Both the position numbers and the translations under genes were made by a program. The notes beneath the pieces were generated by a model that saw nothing but the letters and a program-made list of their open reading frames with translations, did not search any database and was not told the origin of the DNA. A stretch of 64,000 nt of DNA. Origin: Heteronotia binoei. Its lineage: Eukaryota. Positions 18,190-30,667 of the stretch are shown piece by piece; within the stretch, counting starts at the first letter, position 1, and each line of letters starts with the position of its first letter. The stretch covers positions 372,001-436,000 of the forward strand of contig NC_083241.1 in the NCBI RefSeq assembly GCF_032191835.1. Direction: 5' to 3'.

Positions 18190-21100
18190 CTATGCAGCTA
18201 CGCCAACCGGGTGAAGCACACATCGCCGCTGCCGCCGCCTCCGTATAATGCGCTGCCTGGGGTGGCGGGGCTTGCGAAGAGAGTCTGCTAGGCAGAGAGG
18301 AGCCAGCAGCAGCCAGAGGTAGAGCAGAACGCAGGCCCAGCCAGAGGCCACCTTGACCCAGAAGGTGGACCAGCTGCCGTGGGTGAAGGCCGTCTCCAGC
18401 TCCACACTCTCGTAGCTGCGGGGAGAGCGAGAGGCTGGTCAGAGGCCCCAGAGAGCCCCCTGCGGGTGGAGGGGCAGCCAGGAACCCTGCCTACCTGAAC
18501 CAGTTGGTGAGGGTCATCATGACGTACAAGGAGGCCAAGAAGAACACAAAGTGGAAGGCTGAGTAGCTGTAGACCACCCGGTCAGCCTCGTCAGAAGGCC
18601 CTGGGCCAGGGACAAAAACCCCTTCTCCTCCTCAGAACACACGCTCAGCTGGCCCCCTGCCTCTCCTGGGGCACGAAGGGAGCCAGCCAGGAGAAGCTGG
18701 GAAGCTCCTCCCACTCAGCCTGCGCCTGCGCCCCCTCCGCACTCACCTGCCCGCTCCTCCTCTTCCCTTCGGGCTGGGCAACAGAAGCAGCAGGAGGCCT
18801 CCTGCAAGGGGAAGAGTTCCACTCAGAGCCACAGGAGGGGGGCAGGGGCAGGACTCCAGCTCACAGTGGGAAAAGGAGGAACCCCCCTGCCTCCCCCCCC
18901 CCACAATGGTACAGATTGGTCTGGCAGCGAAGAAAGCAGGGCGCACACAGCTTACCTGGCACACACGTGGACCAAACCATTCCTGCAAGGGGCAATGGGC
19001 GCAGGCTTTGGCCCACGTTTGCAAGTGTCATGCAGGAGTGAGCACATGGCCTGTGGGCAGAACAGACCAAGGACCCACCAAGAGCAGCAGGCAGCCCCAC
19101 CCACCTTGACTTCCAAGCTGTAGACCTTGACCATCCACAGAGGCCCAAAGAGCTCCGCCAGGAGAGAGGCTTCGTTGCTGCAGTCAGAGGAAAAGGGTGA
19201 GGAGGAAGGGAGCCACCCCTGGGGCTTGGGGCCAGGCCTCCTCTCGACCCGCCGGCCCTGGACAGCATCCCAGCAGAGCAGCTGGGACAGACCCCCCTCA
19301 GGTGGCTCAGCTCAGCAGTGGGGAAAGGAGGCTGGGGTCAGTTTAGCAAGGAGAGTTGCTCCAGGGGGAAACTGTCATGAGGGGAGGAAGGCTTCCCCCG
19401 CTCCATCCCCCTCTCTCAAGCTTCCTTCTTCCCCACTCCAGGAGACAGAGGGCAGCACCCACCAGGCCAAGAGGACGCAGGCATACATGACTCCTGCTCC
19501 CAAGGCGGCCACAGCCGTGTTCTCCCTCTGCATCCCGTTCCCATCCCTGCCGATGCTGGGGAAGCAAATGGTGAGGTTTTGCCCCTGGTACTGCACTGTG
19601 GGTGAGAAACGAGACAGGCGGTGAGCAAGGCTGAGGATCCGGCCCTTCAGAGCTCTCTGGGAGGCAGCGGCTGTGTGCTTCTCCCTGTTGGCGTAGCTGC
19701 ATAGCCTGGCGCCAGAGACTCTCCTGCAGGGAGTGCCAAGGGAGGGGTCTCAGCAGCCCCGCCCCCCTGTGCCAAGGGCACCAGTGCTGCCGCTCCCAGC
19801 CAGGAGGAGCCAGCAGAGGGCGCCAGGGAGGGACGCGGCTGCTGCTCCCGGAGTGGCAAAGGGAGGTGAGAGAGACTCGGACCTTTCTCCGGAGGCCGGC
19901 TGGAGAGGGCGGAGAAGGTCAGGTACATGATGTAGCAGCAGATGATGGAGGCCTGCAGGGGCCCCGAACTAGCTGGTCCTGGGGGCAGAGGGGGAAAGAG
20001 TCAAGCCCCCCCAGCAGCCACAGCATCTGGACAGAACTCACAAGGGCCCTCCTGCTGGAGGTGGACATGGCAAGAAGACGGGGCCTTTGAAGCCACAACC
20101 CCTGAGATTCAACCCCCGCTGCCCAGTTCCACTCCAAGGGTCCAGCCCGCCAGCTCCCTAAAGAGACTTATGCTCATGCAAAGCAAGGGAATGCTGGGTG
20201 TTCTCCCCACCCCCCTTTCGACACATCACAGCGCTGCTGAACTCACTTGTTACGAGGGACATAAATGGGGTTTTGTGGGGCTGGGCCACGTGTGTCAGAA
20301 AATCTCATGCCAGCTGGCAAATATGTGAACTTCATAAAGAATACAAACACAGTTATATATACAAATGCTTAAAACTCTTGTTTAAAATGAAAAGGTGGGG
20401 GAATAGTGGGATTTGGCTAAGCAATTTTTAAAGCAAAGCAGCAAGAAAAAGCACAAGGATCACAGCAGAAACTAAAAATATATACTAAAAATATAACATG
20501 CTCTGAGGCTAGGAAAACATGAAATGGCTGGGCACTGCAAGCTTCTCCCCTCCCCCCATCCCCTGGTCTACCCAGATTGGCAATGGCTCTCCAGTGTAAT
20601 ATCCCCCTTTGGCTGTGGGTTCCCAGGTGAGAGTCCTCACTAGGCACCAGTTCTCAGATGCATTCAGCAGAGACAAGTTGGCTCAAAGCATCAGGCCTTT
20701 GTTTGCAAGGAGACAACTTCAGGAAGCAACAGCTTCCACTGGCCATACAAACACTGGAAAGTGAAACTACTTGAGCTCCACTACATTGAAATACTTTGCT
20801 GCTGAGATAAAGTTGCAATGAATATGTGGAATGGATTTTCCATTAAGGTTTCTGGGACCAGAGTGCTCTATCTGGGTACAAAGACTTTAGTGGAAAATCC
20901 ATTCTGTATTTGGCTGCAGCAGGCAAAAGGAGCTGGGAATTTCAGCAGCCTCCTCAGAGCTTCAAAAGGTGAGGACAGAAGGGGGTGGGGGCGGAGGAAA
21001 AAGCCACAGGCCCGACTGAAGCCCTGGGTGGGCTGGCTGCGGCCCGCAAGCCCTACGTTTGACACCCTTGCATGACATTTACATGCATATTTCCCCCTTG

Positions 21101-23313
21101 TCCTACTTAGCACTGATGCAGCCCTTCCTGCCCTCCTCCTCATGATCTGCCCAAGTTCACAGAATCAGCTTTGTCGTCAGATGGCCATCTAGCCTCTGCT
21201 TAGAAACCTCCAAGGAAGGAGAGCCCACCCACCACCTCCCAAGGAGAAAGCCTGTTCCACTGAGGAACCGCTCTAATGGCCAGGAAGTTCTTCCTAACCT
21301 TTAGCCAACAACTCTTTTGATTTAATTCAACCTGTTTGTTCTGGTCTGACCTTCTGGAGCCACAGAAAACAGCTCCACACCATCCTCTACAGAACAACCC
21401 TTCAAGGCATACCCGAACTGACCAGATCACCTCTCAGCCGCCTCCTCTCCAGGCTACACATGCCCACCTCCTTCAACCTTTCCTCATAGGACTTGGTCTC
21501 CTTGCCGCTGAGCAGCCTTGCCAACCTCCAGGTGATAGCTGGAGATCTCTTGGGACAGAAAGAGATCACCTGGAGAAAAGGGCTGCTTTGGAAGGTGGAC
21601 TCTGTGGCCTTAGACCCAACTGAAGTCTCTCTCCTCCCCAGGCTGTGCCTCCAAATTCTCCAGGTGTTTCCCAACCCAGAGCTGGCACCTCCACTGCTGG
21701 ATGAAATCCAGGGTTCCCTGGAGGAAGGCCCAACCCCCCAGGACGTCTCTGGCTTTGAGGAGGGGACCACTCACATGCCGCCAAGCCCCCTCCCCCAGCA
21801 CTCACGGAGGCGGGCACAGGGTGTGACGGACACCAAGGACACCAGGAGGCAGAGGCTGCCGTTCAGCGCCAGCAGCCCCTTGTTGAGGACGCAGCCGCCA
21901 GGGTGGGTGTAGAAGTGGCACAGGAAGGCGAAAGCCGTGACGGCCACCGTGTAGAAGCCCAGCGTGGCCAGGAGCACTGCCAGGCACCAGCGCTTGTCTC
22001 TGGAGGCGCCCGTCAGCCTGGCAAGGGAAAGGGCGTCAGAGGGCCTCGCCCACCCCAGGGAGCCCTCTCCTCCCTCCCTCCCTCGGAGCAGCCCTGCCCC
22101 CTCACCAGTTCTTGTTCCAGGTGTGGGCAAAGGCTGTGATCAGCACCAGCTGCACCAGGATGAAGGCAAAGCCGCCACAGACCCCCACCAAGTGCCAGGC
22201 TGCAGGGGGCAAAGCCACATAAGACGGCAGAGCTCAGCCCCGCGGCCCTTCGCCTCAGAGCGGCCTCGCCAGGCTTTCCGGCTCCCGCTCAGGAGGAGGA
22301 AGCAGGGGTGCTCCTTGCGTACCTCGGATGAAGCGCCGGTCAGGAATGAAGAAGGCTGCTGCCCAGAGACCCACCAGGATGAGAAGCTTGAGGAGCCAGA
22401 ACCTGCAAGAGCCCCCGCCCCGGTCAGACACCTCCCCCACTCCAAAGGGCTAGGAAGTGCCCCCCCCCCCGTCCAGAGCCGCCCTCCTCCTTCCCCTCCT
22501 CACCCGTTGTGCAGCAGGGCTCGGAAGTTGGTGCTGGACTTGACGTTGACCAGGAAAGCGGCCTGGCCCAGGTGGAAGCAGGCGGTGCCAAAGCAGACTC
22601 TGTAGACAGCTGAGTAGCCCACCGGGAGGTTGCAGCTGGGCCCTCCCTGGAGATGCTCACACAGCACTGCATAAAGAGGCACCTGGGGGGGAAAGGCAGC
22701 CTGGGCTGTTGGGCGGCTGCTGCCGGTAGAGGCCGGCTTGGGAGGCAGGGCTGAGCGCTGAGACAGGCAAGTGCAAGGGAGAGCCAGGGGTCATGGGGCA
22801 TGAGCAGAGGGCCACCGCTGGGGACAGCAGCACCAGGCCTCCCCCCACCCCCACTCACGTTCTCTTGGAGGGCTTCCACCACCGTGCGAGAGAGCAGGAA
22901 GCAGCAGACAGCACAGGCCAAGACATGGAAGAGCACGTAGAGGAGCCGCGTGGCCGTGGACACCTTCAGGTGGAGGCTGCAGCAGCAGCGGCAGGGGCAG
23001 GAGGCACTGCAGGGAGCTGGGCTGCAGCAGCAGACCTGAGCGGGGGGAGAGAGGCACGGGACCGGGGGCAACTCCTTTGGCTCACTCCTTCTCCGGGACG
23101 GACTGCAGGGCCTCCCTCCCCCGCAGCAGGTGGGCTTACCTGGCTACACATCTCGCAAGAGGGTCTGCACCTCGACCCCTCAGCCCACAGGACTCTGGCC
23201 AGCCCACCCCACAAGCTCCTCAGCCCCAGGGGGCCGCCTCTGCGCCAAGGATTAGGGGGGATTGGGAGGCTCAGCCGCCATCTGCTGCTGGAGGGGGGGG
23301 GCTGGGCCAGCAT
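18190..23313 (-). CDS. SERINC4: Serine incorporator 4
   Basis: Minus exons: exon 1 ends at 23140 (ATG at 23313 or 23151, uncertain), then 23035-22859, 22682-22504, 22402-22323, 22199-22106, 22017-21806, 19978-19883, 19595-19463, 19177-19105, 18801-18747, 18600-18495, 18415-18190. Motifs [86 protein letters not shown]. Confidence 0.95.
20229..21070 (+). mobile_element. hAT-type MITE, copy 2 (in SERINC4 intron 6)
   Basis: Degenerate TIRs (..ctgaactcacttgtt and gtttgacacccttg). Shares its body with 12750-13520. Confidence 0.65.
21160..21500 (-). mobile_element. CR1 LINE 3' fragment
   Basis: Minus strand encodes [22 protein letters not shown], a CR1 ORF2 C-terminal motif. Confidence 0.85.
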
Positions 23314-23754
23314 GCCCCCTCCTCCCCACCAGCTGCTCCAGGGCAAAAACACACCGGCAGCCCTGGGAGGAGGCAGGGGTCAGAAATCAGCCTCCCCTTC
23401 CACCTGGTTAGTGCTCAGCCCCCCACTCAAGAGACGTCCTCCCTGTCTGGGCAGATCAAGGGGCTCCCTCCCTTCCTTCCGGCTGGCGGGGAGGATATTT
23501 GCCGCCTCGGCACTGTCTTCTGACCCATCTCCCCTGCCTCCTTCCTGCCCAAAGGGAAAGGCTCTGTGGGACCCCCCCTCCAGCTGCCGAGGTGGCTGGG
23601 GAAGCCAGTGGAGGGGGGGGAGGCAGAGCTCTCAGAGCCCCCAGCCATCCCGATNNNNNNNNNNNNNNNNNNNNNNNNNNNNNNNNNNNNNNNNNNNNNN
23701 NNNNNNNNNNNNNNNNNNNNNNNNNNNNNNNNNNNNNNNNNNNNNNNNNNNNNN

Positions 23755-26090
23755 CTGGGGGGGGGAGGGAGTGGGGGGGGCTGGGCACCTGTGGGGGGGC
23801 TTCCCTCTGCCTGTAGCAGCCATGGGGGAGAAAGGGGGAGGGGAAAGGAGAGGGGAGGGAGGGGGCCTGGGCACCTGGCTGGGGTCATGCAGGTCTGGGG
23901 GGGGGAGGGGAGTGGGGGGGGCTGGGGCACCTGTGGGGGGGCTTCCCCTCTGCCTGTAGCAGCCATGGGGGAGAAGGGGGGAGGGGAAAGGAGAGGGAGG
24001 AGGGGGGCCTGGAGCACCTGGCTGGGCTCTTGCAGGTCTGGGGGGGGAGGGAGTGGGGGGGGGCTGGGCACCTGTGGGGGGCTTCCCCTCTGCCTGTAGC
24101 AGCCATGGGGAGAAAGGGGGAGGGGAAAGGAGAGGGGAGGGAGGGGGGCCTGGGCACCTGGCTGGGTCATGCAGGTCTGGGGGGGGGAGGGAGTGGGGGG
24201 GGCTGGGCACCTGTGGGGGGGCTTCCCCTCTGCCTGTAGCAGCCATGGGGGAGAAAGGGGGGGAGGGGAAAGGAGAGGGGAGGGAGGGGGGCCTGGGCAC
24301 CTGGCTGGGTCATGCAGGTCTGGGGGGGGAGGGAGTGGGGGGGGGCTGGGCACCTGTGGGGGGGCTTCCCCTCTGCCTGTAGCAGCCATGGGGGAGAAAG
24401 GGGGGAGGGGAAGGAGAGGGGAGGGAGGGGGGCCTGGGCACCTGGCTGGGCTCTTGCAGGTCTGGGGGGGGGAGGGAGTGGGGGGGGGCTGGGCACCTGT
24501 GGGGGGGCTTCCCCTCTGCCTGTAGCAGCCATGGGGGAGAAAGGGGGGAGGGGGAAAGGAGAGGGGAGGGAGGGGGCCTGGGCACCTGGCTGGGGTCATG
24601 CAGGTCTGGGGGGGGGAGGGAGTGGGGGGGGGCTGGGCACCTGTGGGGGGGCTTCCCCTCTGCTGTAGCAGCCATGGGGGAGAAAGGGGGGAGGGAAAGG
24701 AGAGGGGAGGGAGGGGGGCCTGGGCACCTGGCTGGGCTCTTGCAGGTCTGGGGGGGGGAGGGAGTGGGGGGGGCTGGGCACCTGTGGAGGGGCCTTCCCC
24801 TCTGCCTGTAGCAGCCATGGGGGAGAAAGGGGGGAGGGAAAGGAGAGGGGAGGGGAGGGGGGGGGGCCTGGGCACCTGGCTGGGCTCTTGCAGGTCTGGG
24901 GGGGGAGGGAGTGGGGGGGGCTGGGCACCTGTGGAGGGGCTTCCCTCTGCCTGTAGGCAGGGCACATGGGGGGGGAGAGAGAGGGGGGGAGGGGAAGAGA
25001 GGGAGGGGAGGGGAGGGGGGGGGCCTGGGCACCTGGCTGGGCTCTTGCAGGTCTGGGGGGGGGAGGGGAGTGGGGGGGGCTGGCACCTGTGGAGGGGCTT
25101 CCCCTCTGCCTGTAGCAGCCATGGGGGAGAAAGGGGGAGGGGAAAGGAGAGGGGAGGGAGGGGGGCCTGGGCACCTGGCTGGGCTCTTGCAGGTCTGGGG
25201 GGGGGGAGGGAGTGGGGGGGCTGGGCACCTGTGGAGGGGCTTCCCCTCTGCCTGTAGCAGCCATGGGGGAGAAAGGGGGGGAGGGGAAAGGAGAGGGGAG
25301 GGGAGGGGGGCCTGGGCACCTGGCTGGGCTCTTGCAGGTGGGGGGGGCTTCCCCTCTGCCCATATGAGCCATGGGGGGGGGGCCTGTGAGGGAGCGGGGG
25401 AGGGGGATGGGGAATGGGGGGGGGCCTGGGCACCTGGCTGGGCTCATGCAGGTCTGGGGGGGTTCCCCTCTGCCCTAGCAGCCGGGGGGGGGGGAGAGGG
25501 GCCTGGGCACCTGTGGGGGGGCTTCCCCTCTGCCTGTAGCAGCCATGGGGAGAAAGGGGGGAGGGGAAAGGAGAGGGGAGGGAGGGGGGCCTGGGGCACC
25601 TGGCTGGGCTCTTGCAGGTGGGGGGGGGCTTCCCCTCTGCCCATATGAGCCATGGGGGGGGGGCCTGTGAGGGAGCGGGGGAGGGGGGATGGGGAATGGG
25701 GGGGGGCCTGGGCACCTGGCTGGGCTCATGCAGGTCTGGGGGGTTCCCCTCTGCCCTAGCAGCCGGGGGGGGGGGAGAGGGGCCTGGGCACCTGTGGGGG
25801 GGCTTCCCCTCTGCCTGTAGCAGCCATGGGGGAGAAAGGGGGGGGGGAAAGGAGAGGGGAGGGAGGGGGGCTGGGCACCTGGCTGGGCTCTTGCAGGTCT
25901 GGGGGGGGAGGGAGTGGGGGGGGGCTGGGCACCTGTGGGGGGGCTTCCCCTCTGCCTGTAGCAGCCATGGGGGAGAAAGGGGGGAGGGGAAAGGAGAGGG
26001 GAGGGAGGGGGCCTGGGCACCTGGCTGGGGTCATGCAGGTCTGGGGGGGGGAGGGAGTGGGGGGGGCTGGGCACCTGTGGGGGGCTCCCC
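23755..26090. repeat. G-rich minisatellite (VNTR), unit ~140-143 bp, about 16 units visible
   Basis: Recurring gcaggtctggggggg..ctgggcacctgtggg..cttcccctctgcctgtagcagccatggggg..gggcacctggctggg at ~142-bp spacing. The left end is hidden by a 100-N gap. Confidence 0.95.
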
Positions 26091-26099
26091 GAAGCCTTG

Positions 26100-26640
26100 C
26101 TCTCCCCTCCCCCCAAACGGCCCACCCCTGAGGGGAGCGGGGGCGTGGCCTAAGCCGCAGACCCCGCCCCCGGAGCTGCCGGCCCCCCGCAGGGCTGTCA
26201 CTCAACCCCCGGTTTCCGGAGGCGGGGAGAGGAAGTCCCGCCCTCCCCCTGCGGCGAGGCGGCTGCCGGAAGTGCGCGTCTTCCGCGACGGAAGCTGCGC
26301 TGTGGTGGGCGCGGGGCGATGGCGGCCGAGGGCGACGTGGAGCTGGAGCTGGAAGCGGAGCCGAATGGTTCGGCCACGGGCGGGGATGGCGCCGGGGGAC
26401 GCCCGGCCGAGAAGCCGCGCAAGCACGACAGCGGCGCCGCCGACCTCGAGCGCGTCACCGACTACGCGGAGGAGAAGGAGATCCAGAGCTCCAACCTGGA
26501 GACGGTGCGCCCGCAGGGAGGGAGGGCGGGGCGGGCGGAGAGGAGAGCCACGCAGAAGAAGCGCCAGACCCAGAAGACGAGGCAGGGAGGGAGGGAGGGG
26601 AGAGGTGGAGAGAAGGCCGCTTTCCACGCATCCTCCAAGC
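26100..26640 (+). promoter_or_regulatory. HYPK CpG-island promoter
   Basis: High CpG density, ETS motifs (ccggaagt, ggaagt) and GC boxes upstream of the ATG at 26319. Confidence 0.75.
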
Positions 26641-29167
26641 TGCCCGCTGCTTGGCTTGGCAAAGTGCTTTCAAGAGAGCGATGGCTTCTCCAAGTCAGCC
26701 GGGGGGGGGGCGGGCTTCGAGAGCCACACAATGTGTGGAGGAGCTCCATGCGGCTCCTGAACCACTGTTTGGACACCCCTGCTATAGACTACCAGATGCC
26801 AATTTTGATCTGTGTTAAGGGGTTGTCAATAAATACAGTAATTCTGCCCTTATACAAACCCCCACTGAGGCCCCATTTGGAATAATGTGTACAGTTTGGG
26901 ATGACACCTTTTAAAAGAAGATATTGGATTTATATCCCGCCCTCCACTCCGAAGAGTCTCAGAGCGGCTCACAATCTCCTTTCCCTTCCTCCCCCACAAC
27001 AGACACCCTGGGAGGTGGGTGGGGCTGGAGAGGGCTCTCACAATAGCTGCCCTTTCAAGGACAACCTCTGCCAGAGCTACGGCTGACCCAAGGCCATTTC
27101 AGCAGGTGCAAGTGGAGGAGTGGGGAATCAAACCCGGTTCTCCCAGATAAGAGTCCGCACACTTAACCACTACACCAAACTGGCTCTCCCCAAACTGGCA
27201 TTGAAGAGTTGGGAACAGGAAAGAAAAAACATGTCTTGCTTTTTGGTTTCAGTAATGGTGATTGAGGTATGAATAATAGAGTTGGAAGGGACCTCCAGGA
27301 CCATCTAGTCCAACCCCCTGCAAAATGCAGGAAACCCACAAATACCTCCCCCCCACACACACCCAGTGACACTTGCTCCATGTAAGAAGATGAGGGCGGG
27401 GGACCTTCCACGGCCCCTGGCCAAACTGGGCTTGAGAAAAATTGCTCCCTGATCCCAAAGTGGCAAACAGTTTCCCTGGGTGTGTGAGAAAGGGCCATGA
27501 GAACTAAGCATGATGCAACCCTTCCTGCCCTCTTCTCACAATCTGCCTAAATTCAAAGAATCGTAACCAAACCAATATAACCCTTTGAACAGCTGCTTCA
27601 AACATACGTTTTTGCTAATACAAATAATATTTTTTCTTACAAAATCTCTCTGATACTTAATTCTATAGTGAATCAGCCTTCTCTACAACACAGAAAGAAC
27701 TTTTCACCTTCTCCCTTACTGGCAGTGGATGTATGACAATGTACTGCTGGACTCAGAGTTGCTTCTGTTTCTTTACACAGTGTGTCGCTGCCTTGTAGGG
27801 CTCACTGCCATGAACTGGGATGAGATGGATTTAAAAAGGGGGTTGGATAGATCTAAGCAGCCCCATGGCGCAGAGTGGTAAAGCAGCAGTACTGCAGTAC
27901 TGTGATCTGAACTCTCAGCTCACGACCAGAGTTCGATTCCAGCAGAAGCTGGATTCAGGTTGCCGGCCCAAGGTTGACTCAGCCTTCCATCCTTCCGAGG
28001 TCGGTAAAATGAGTACCCAGCTTGCTAGGGGGAAGAGTGTAAAAGACTGGGGAAGGCGATGGCAAACCACCCCGTAAAAAGTCTGCCGTGAAAATGTTGT
28101 GAAACGTCACCCCAGAGTCAGAAACAACTGGTGCTTGCACAGGGGACCTTTCCTTTCCTGGATAGATCTGGTTTTGGCTATTAGCCATGGTAGTAAAATG
28201 GAGTCTCTGGATTCAGATGCAGCATCCCTCTGATCATGCTGTGTTGCGGAGCAATCAGCAGGCCCCCATGTGGGCTTTCATCTGGCATCTGAGTAAGGAA
28301 AGAGGACGCTGGACTGTGTGTGTGCGATCCAGCATGGCTCCTCTAAGGGATCTTATGTGTCAAGTATATGATGTGGGTAGTCTGGCAGATGGACACTTGA
28401 TGAATTAATCACACATTCTGGAATCGCCTCTCCCCCCTAACAGGCCATGTCTGTGATCGGAGACAGAAGATCCAGAGAGCAGAAAGCAAGGCAGGAGCGG
28501 TGAGTTCTTCCTGTCATCGGCTGCTTTCTCAGCCACCCCGTAAGAGCTGCCGTGTGCCAGCTGTGGGCTATGAAGGTGGCTTGGTGCCAAAGCTGATCCC
28601 TATAGTTACTGCAAGCGTTTGGCGTTTTCCATAAAGGTTTTACACCTGTTTTAACTGCAGGAGGAGGCTGTACATGTTTCAAATGTTAAGAAATTAGTGT
28701 AACCATAAATCTTTAATTGCATCTTTTTGCTTGCTTTACAGCAGCAGAAACCATGGGGGAGGGCAGGATGTAAGTCAAATAAAATCAAACTTCAGTTTGC
28801 TAGTTCAGCACCAGAATTCTGCTTCTGTTCAGTGTGCTGCAGCCCAAATGCTGCCGGTTGTGGAGCATCAGACTTTATTGTGGAGTTGGATGTTGTCTGG
28901 GGGCCCTGAATAGCTTTTCCTTTTGCTTTCAGAGAGAAGGAACTGGCCAAAGTTACAATCAAGAAAGAAGATTTGGAGCTGATTGTGAGTCTTAGGTTTG
29001 CCAGTGGAAACAGCTTTCTGCAGGTATGACACAGCAGGCGCAGCCCCAACTCTTTTTTGTTTTCCCCACAGATGAATGAGATGGAGATATCTAGGGCAGC
29101 AGCTGAGCGCAGCTTACGGGAACACATGGGAAATGTCGTGGAGGCACTGATCGCCCTTACCAATTGA
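26319..29167 (+). CDS. HYPK: Huntingtin-interacting protein K (129 aa)
   Basis: Exons 26319-26504, 28444-28499, 28933-28984, 29072-29167. KPRKHDSGAADLERVTDYAEEKEI..AMSVIGDRRSREQK..EKELAKVTIKKEDLELIMNEMEISRAAAERSLREHMGNVVEALIALTN*. AATAAA at 29403-29408. Confidence 0.98.
26800..26915 (+). mobile_element. CR1 LINE RT fragment, interrupted by later SINEs
   Basis: ILPLYKPPLRPHLE..CVQF motif. A further CR1-like piece (gatggatttaaaaaggggttggat) lies near 27800-27855. Confidence 0.6.
26916..27188 (-). mobile_element. Squam3-like SINE, full length
   Basis: Reverse complement reads gagagccagtttggtgtagtggttaagtgtgcggactcttatctgggagaaccgggtttgattcccc..gggatataaatccaatatcttc, with A-box, B-box and tail. 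Confidence 0.9.
27275..27560 (-). mobile_element. CR1 3' end fragment
   Basis: atagagttggaagggacctccaggaccatctagtccaaccccctgc. Confidence 0.75.
27857..28159 (+). mobile_element. Sauria/Squam1-like tRNA-derived SINE with RTE(BovB)-like tail
   Basis: A-box tggcgcagagtgg, B-box gagttcgattcc, and tail accccagagtcagaaacaactgg..ggggacctttcctttcc. Confidence 0.8.
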
Positions 29168-30667
29168 GAGCTGATGCACCAAAGGAGAGAATGAAAGAAC
29201 TTTGCCTTTTCTCAGCATATGGTGTACTGTACTCAGCATTAAAGCTACTGGATTAGAAGGTGTTTGAAATGATGCCGTTCACATGGGATTGAACAGGATC
29301 CACTGTATGACCTCTGTCTCTTCAGTGGGGTAACGCTGGTGTTAGCTCTCCCGCATGAATGGAAATCCTTATCAATGTCCAAAATCACATTTTTGTTGAC
29401 TTAATAAAATAACTATAACACAGAACAGTGTGAAAGCTTCATCCAGCTGCATATTACAAAAACAAGCAATACATAAAGTGCAGCAGATTTTCTCAGGACA
29501 TGATCCAAACAGCTGGTTCTTGTTACTGAAATGAATTATGTGGGATTGGCAGATTTAAAATGCTGCTGGTGGTTTGCTGCACTGCTGGCATTCTGGGAGC
29601 AAGTAATAAACAGATTCTTGCCACTGGAAACAAAGGCCAGTGATAAATAGCCCAACAATCTCTAACAGGAGGAAAAGTAGTTGGATCCTTTGGAGGCTGA
29701 GAGGAGAGAAGCACGTGGTGGACTTTCTGCCCAAGGTGGCTCCGGCTTAGCCTGTGCCAATTGGTCAGCTTTACTTCATCTGCAGCATTAAGGGCCACTC
29801 CTGCAACCCTGCAGAGTTGCTCAGCATTTCACTCAGGAGCACAGCAGAAGCAGCTCTTAATATCATACCTGCTTTTATTCTTCCTTGCGTCCAGTCTGCT
29901 GAAGAGTTCTGGAGAACTTGACAGCTCGCAGACAGTGCTGTCATTTTTGAAATTGAGTGAAAGGTATTGTGATGTGGCTTTTGCCTACAACTCCTTCCCT
30001 AACAACTTGTGCATAGAGAGTTTGACTTCCATCAGTCACTCAAGCTTGATTCCACTTTCTGCAGCAGGCCACAGCTCGTATGTTGTGGCATGAAAACGGT
30101 TACACTATTGGCACAGAGGGCCCACCAGCAGTCCCCACTGTCTCAATGTTAACCTATTTCAACATCTGTAAGTGGTCTTACTGAGCATAGTCCTGCTGTA
30201 GACAGAGAAACCTGATGAGGCCTCAGCTCCAGCTGAGTTTTGCCTCAAGCAGTAGAAGCCACTGATCTCACCTGGCCACATCTGCCACCACCAGCAAGCC
30301 TTTGCTGCAGCAGCCGCTGTGACGGCGCTTCCCCCCTTCCACCATTAAGCAGCACAGCAGCAGATTGTAAAAAACCTTTAATATGGTTTCATCTTATTTC
30401 CCCTCCCCCCACATAAAGAACAAAAATAATTTACAATCTGCCAAAAAGCACCCCCCCCCGCATGCTACGAAAAGGACTTGTAGCCAGGCAGCCGTTCTGC
30501 AGCAGGGGGACCAGAAGTTATGGTGCTGGCTGGCTTGTCTGCTGCTCTACCCCACTGAGGCATCCAAGAGGGGAGGACGGGTCTGGCCCACACCTGTGCC
30601 AATACTCCATGACCTCCTCCCCTAAGCATTGGGGCCAATGTCCCATGCCCTGCACTGCTCTCCCCCT

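Noticed and set aside
23427-26760. Long Pro-rich or Gly-rich ORFs (for example 762 aa on the minus strand)
   Set aside because: Stop-free translation of the G/C-skewed VNTR. Some run through N gaps.
27857-27960. tRNA gene (A-box and B-box present)
   Set aside because: It continues directly into a SINE body and tail and has no cloverleaf. The same applies to the other SINE heads.
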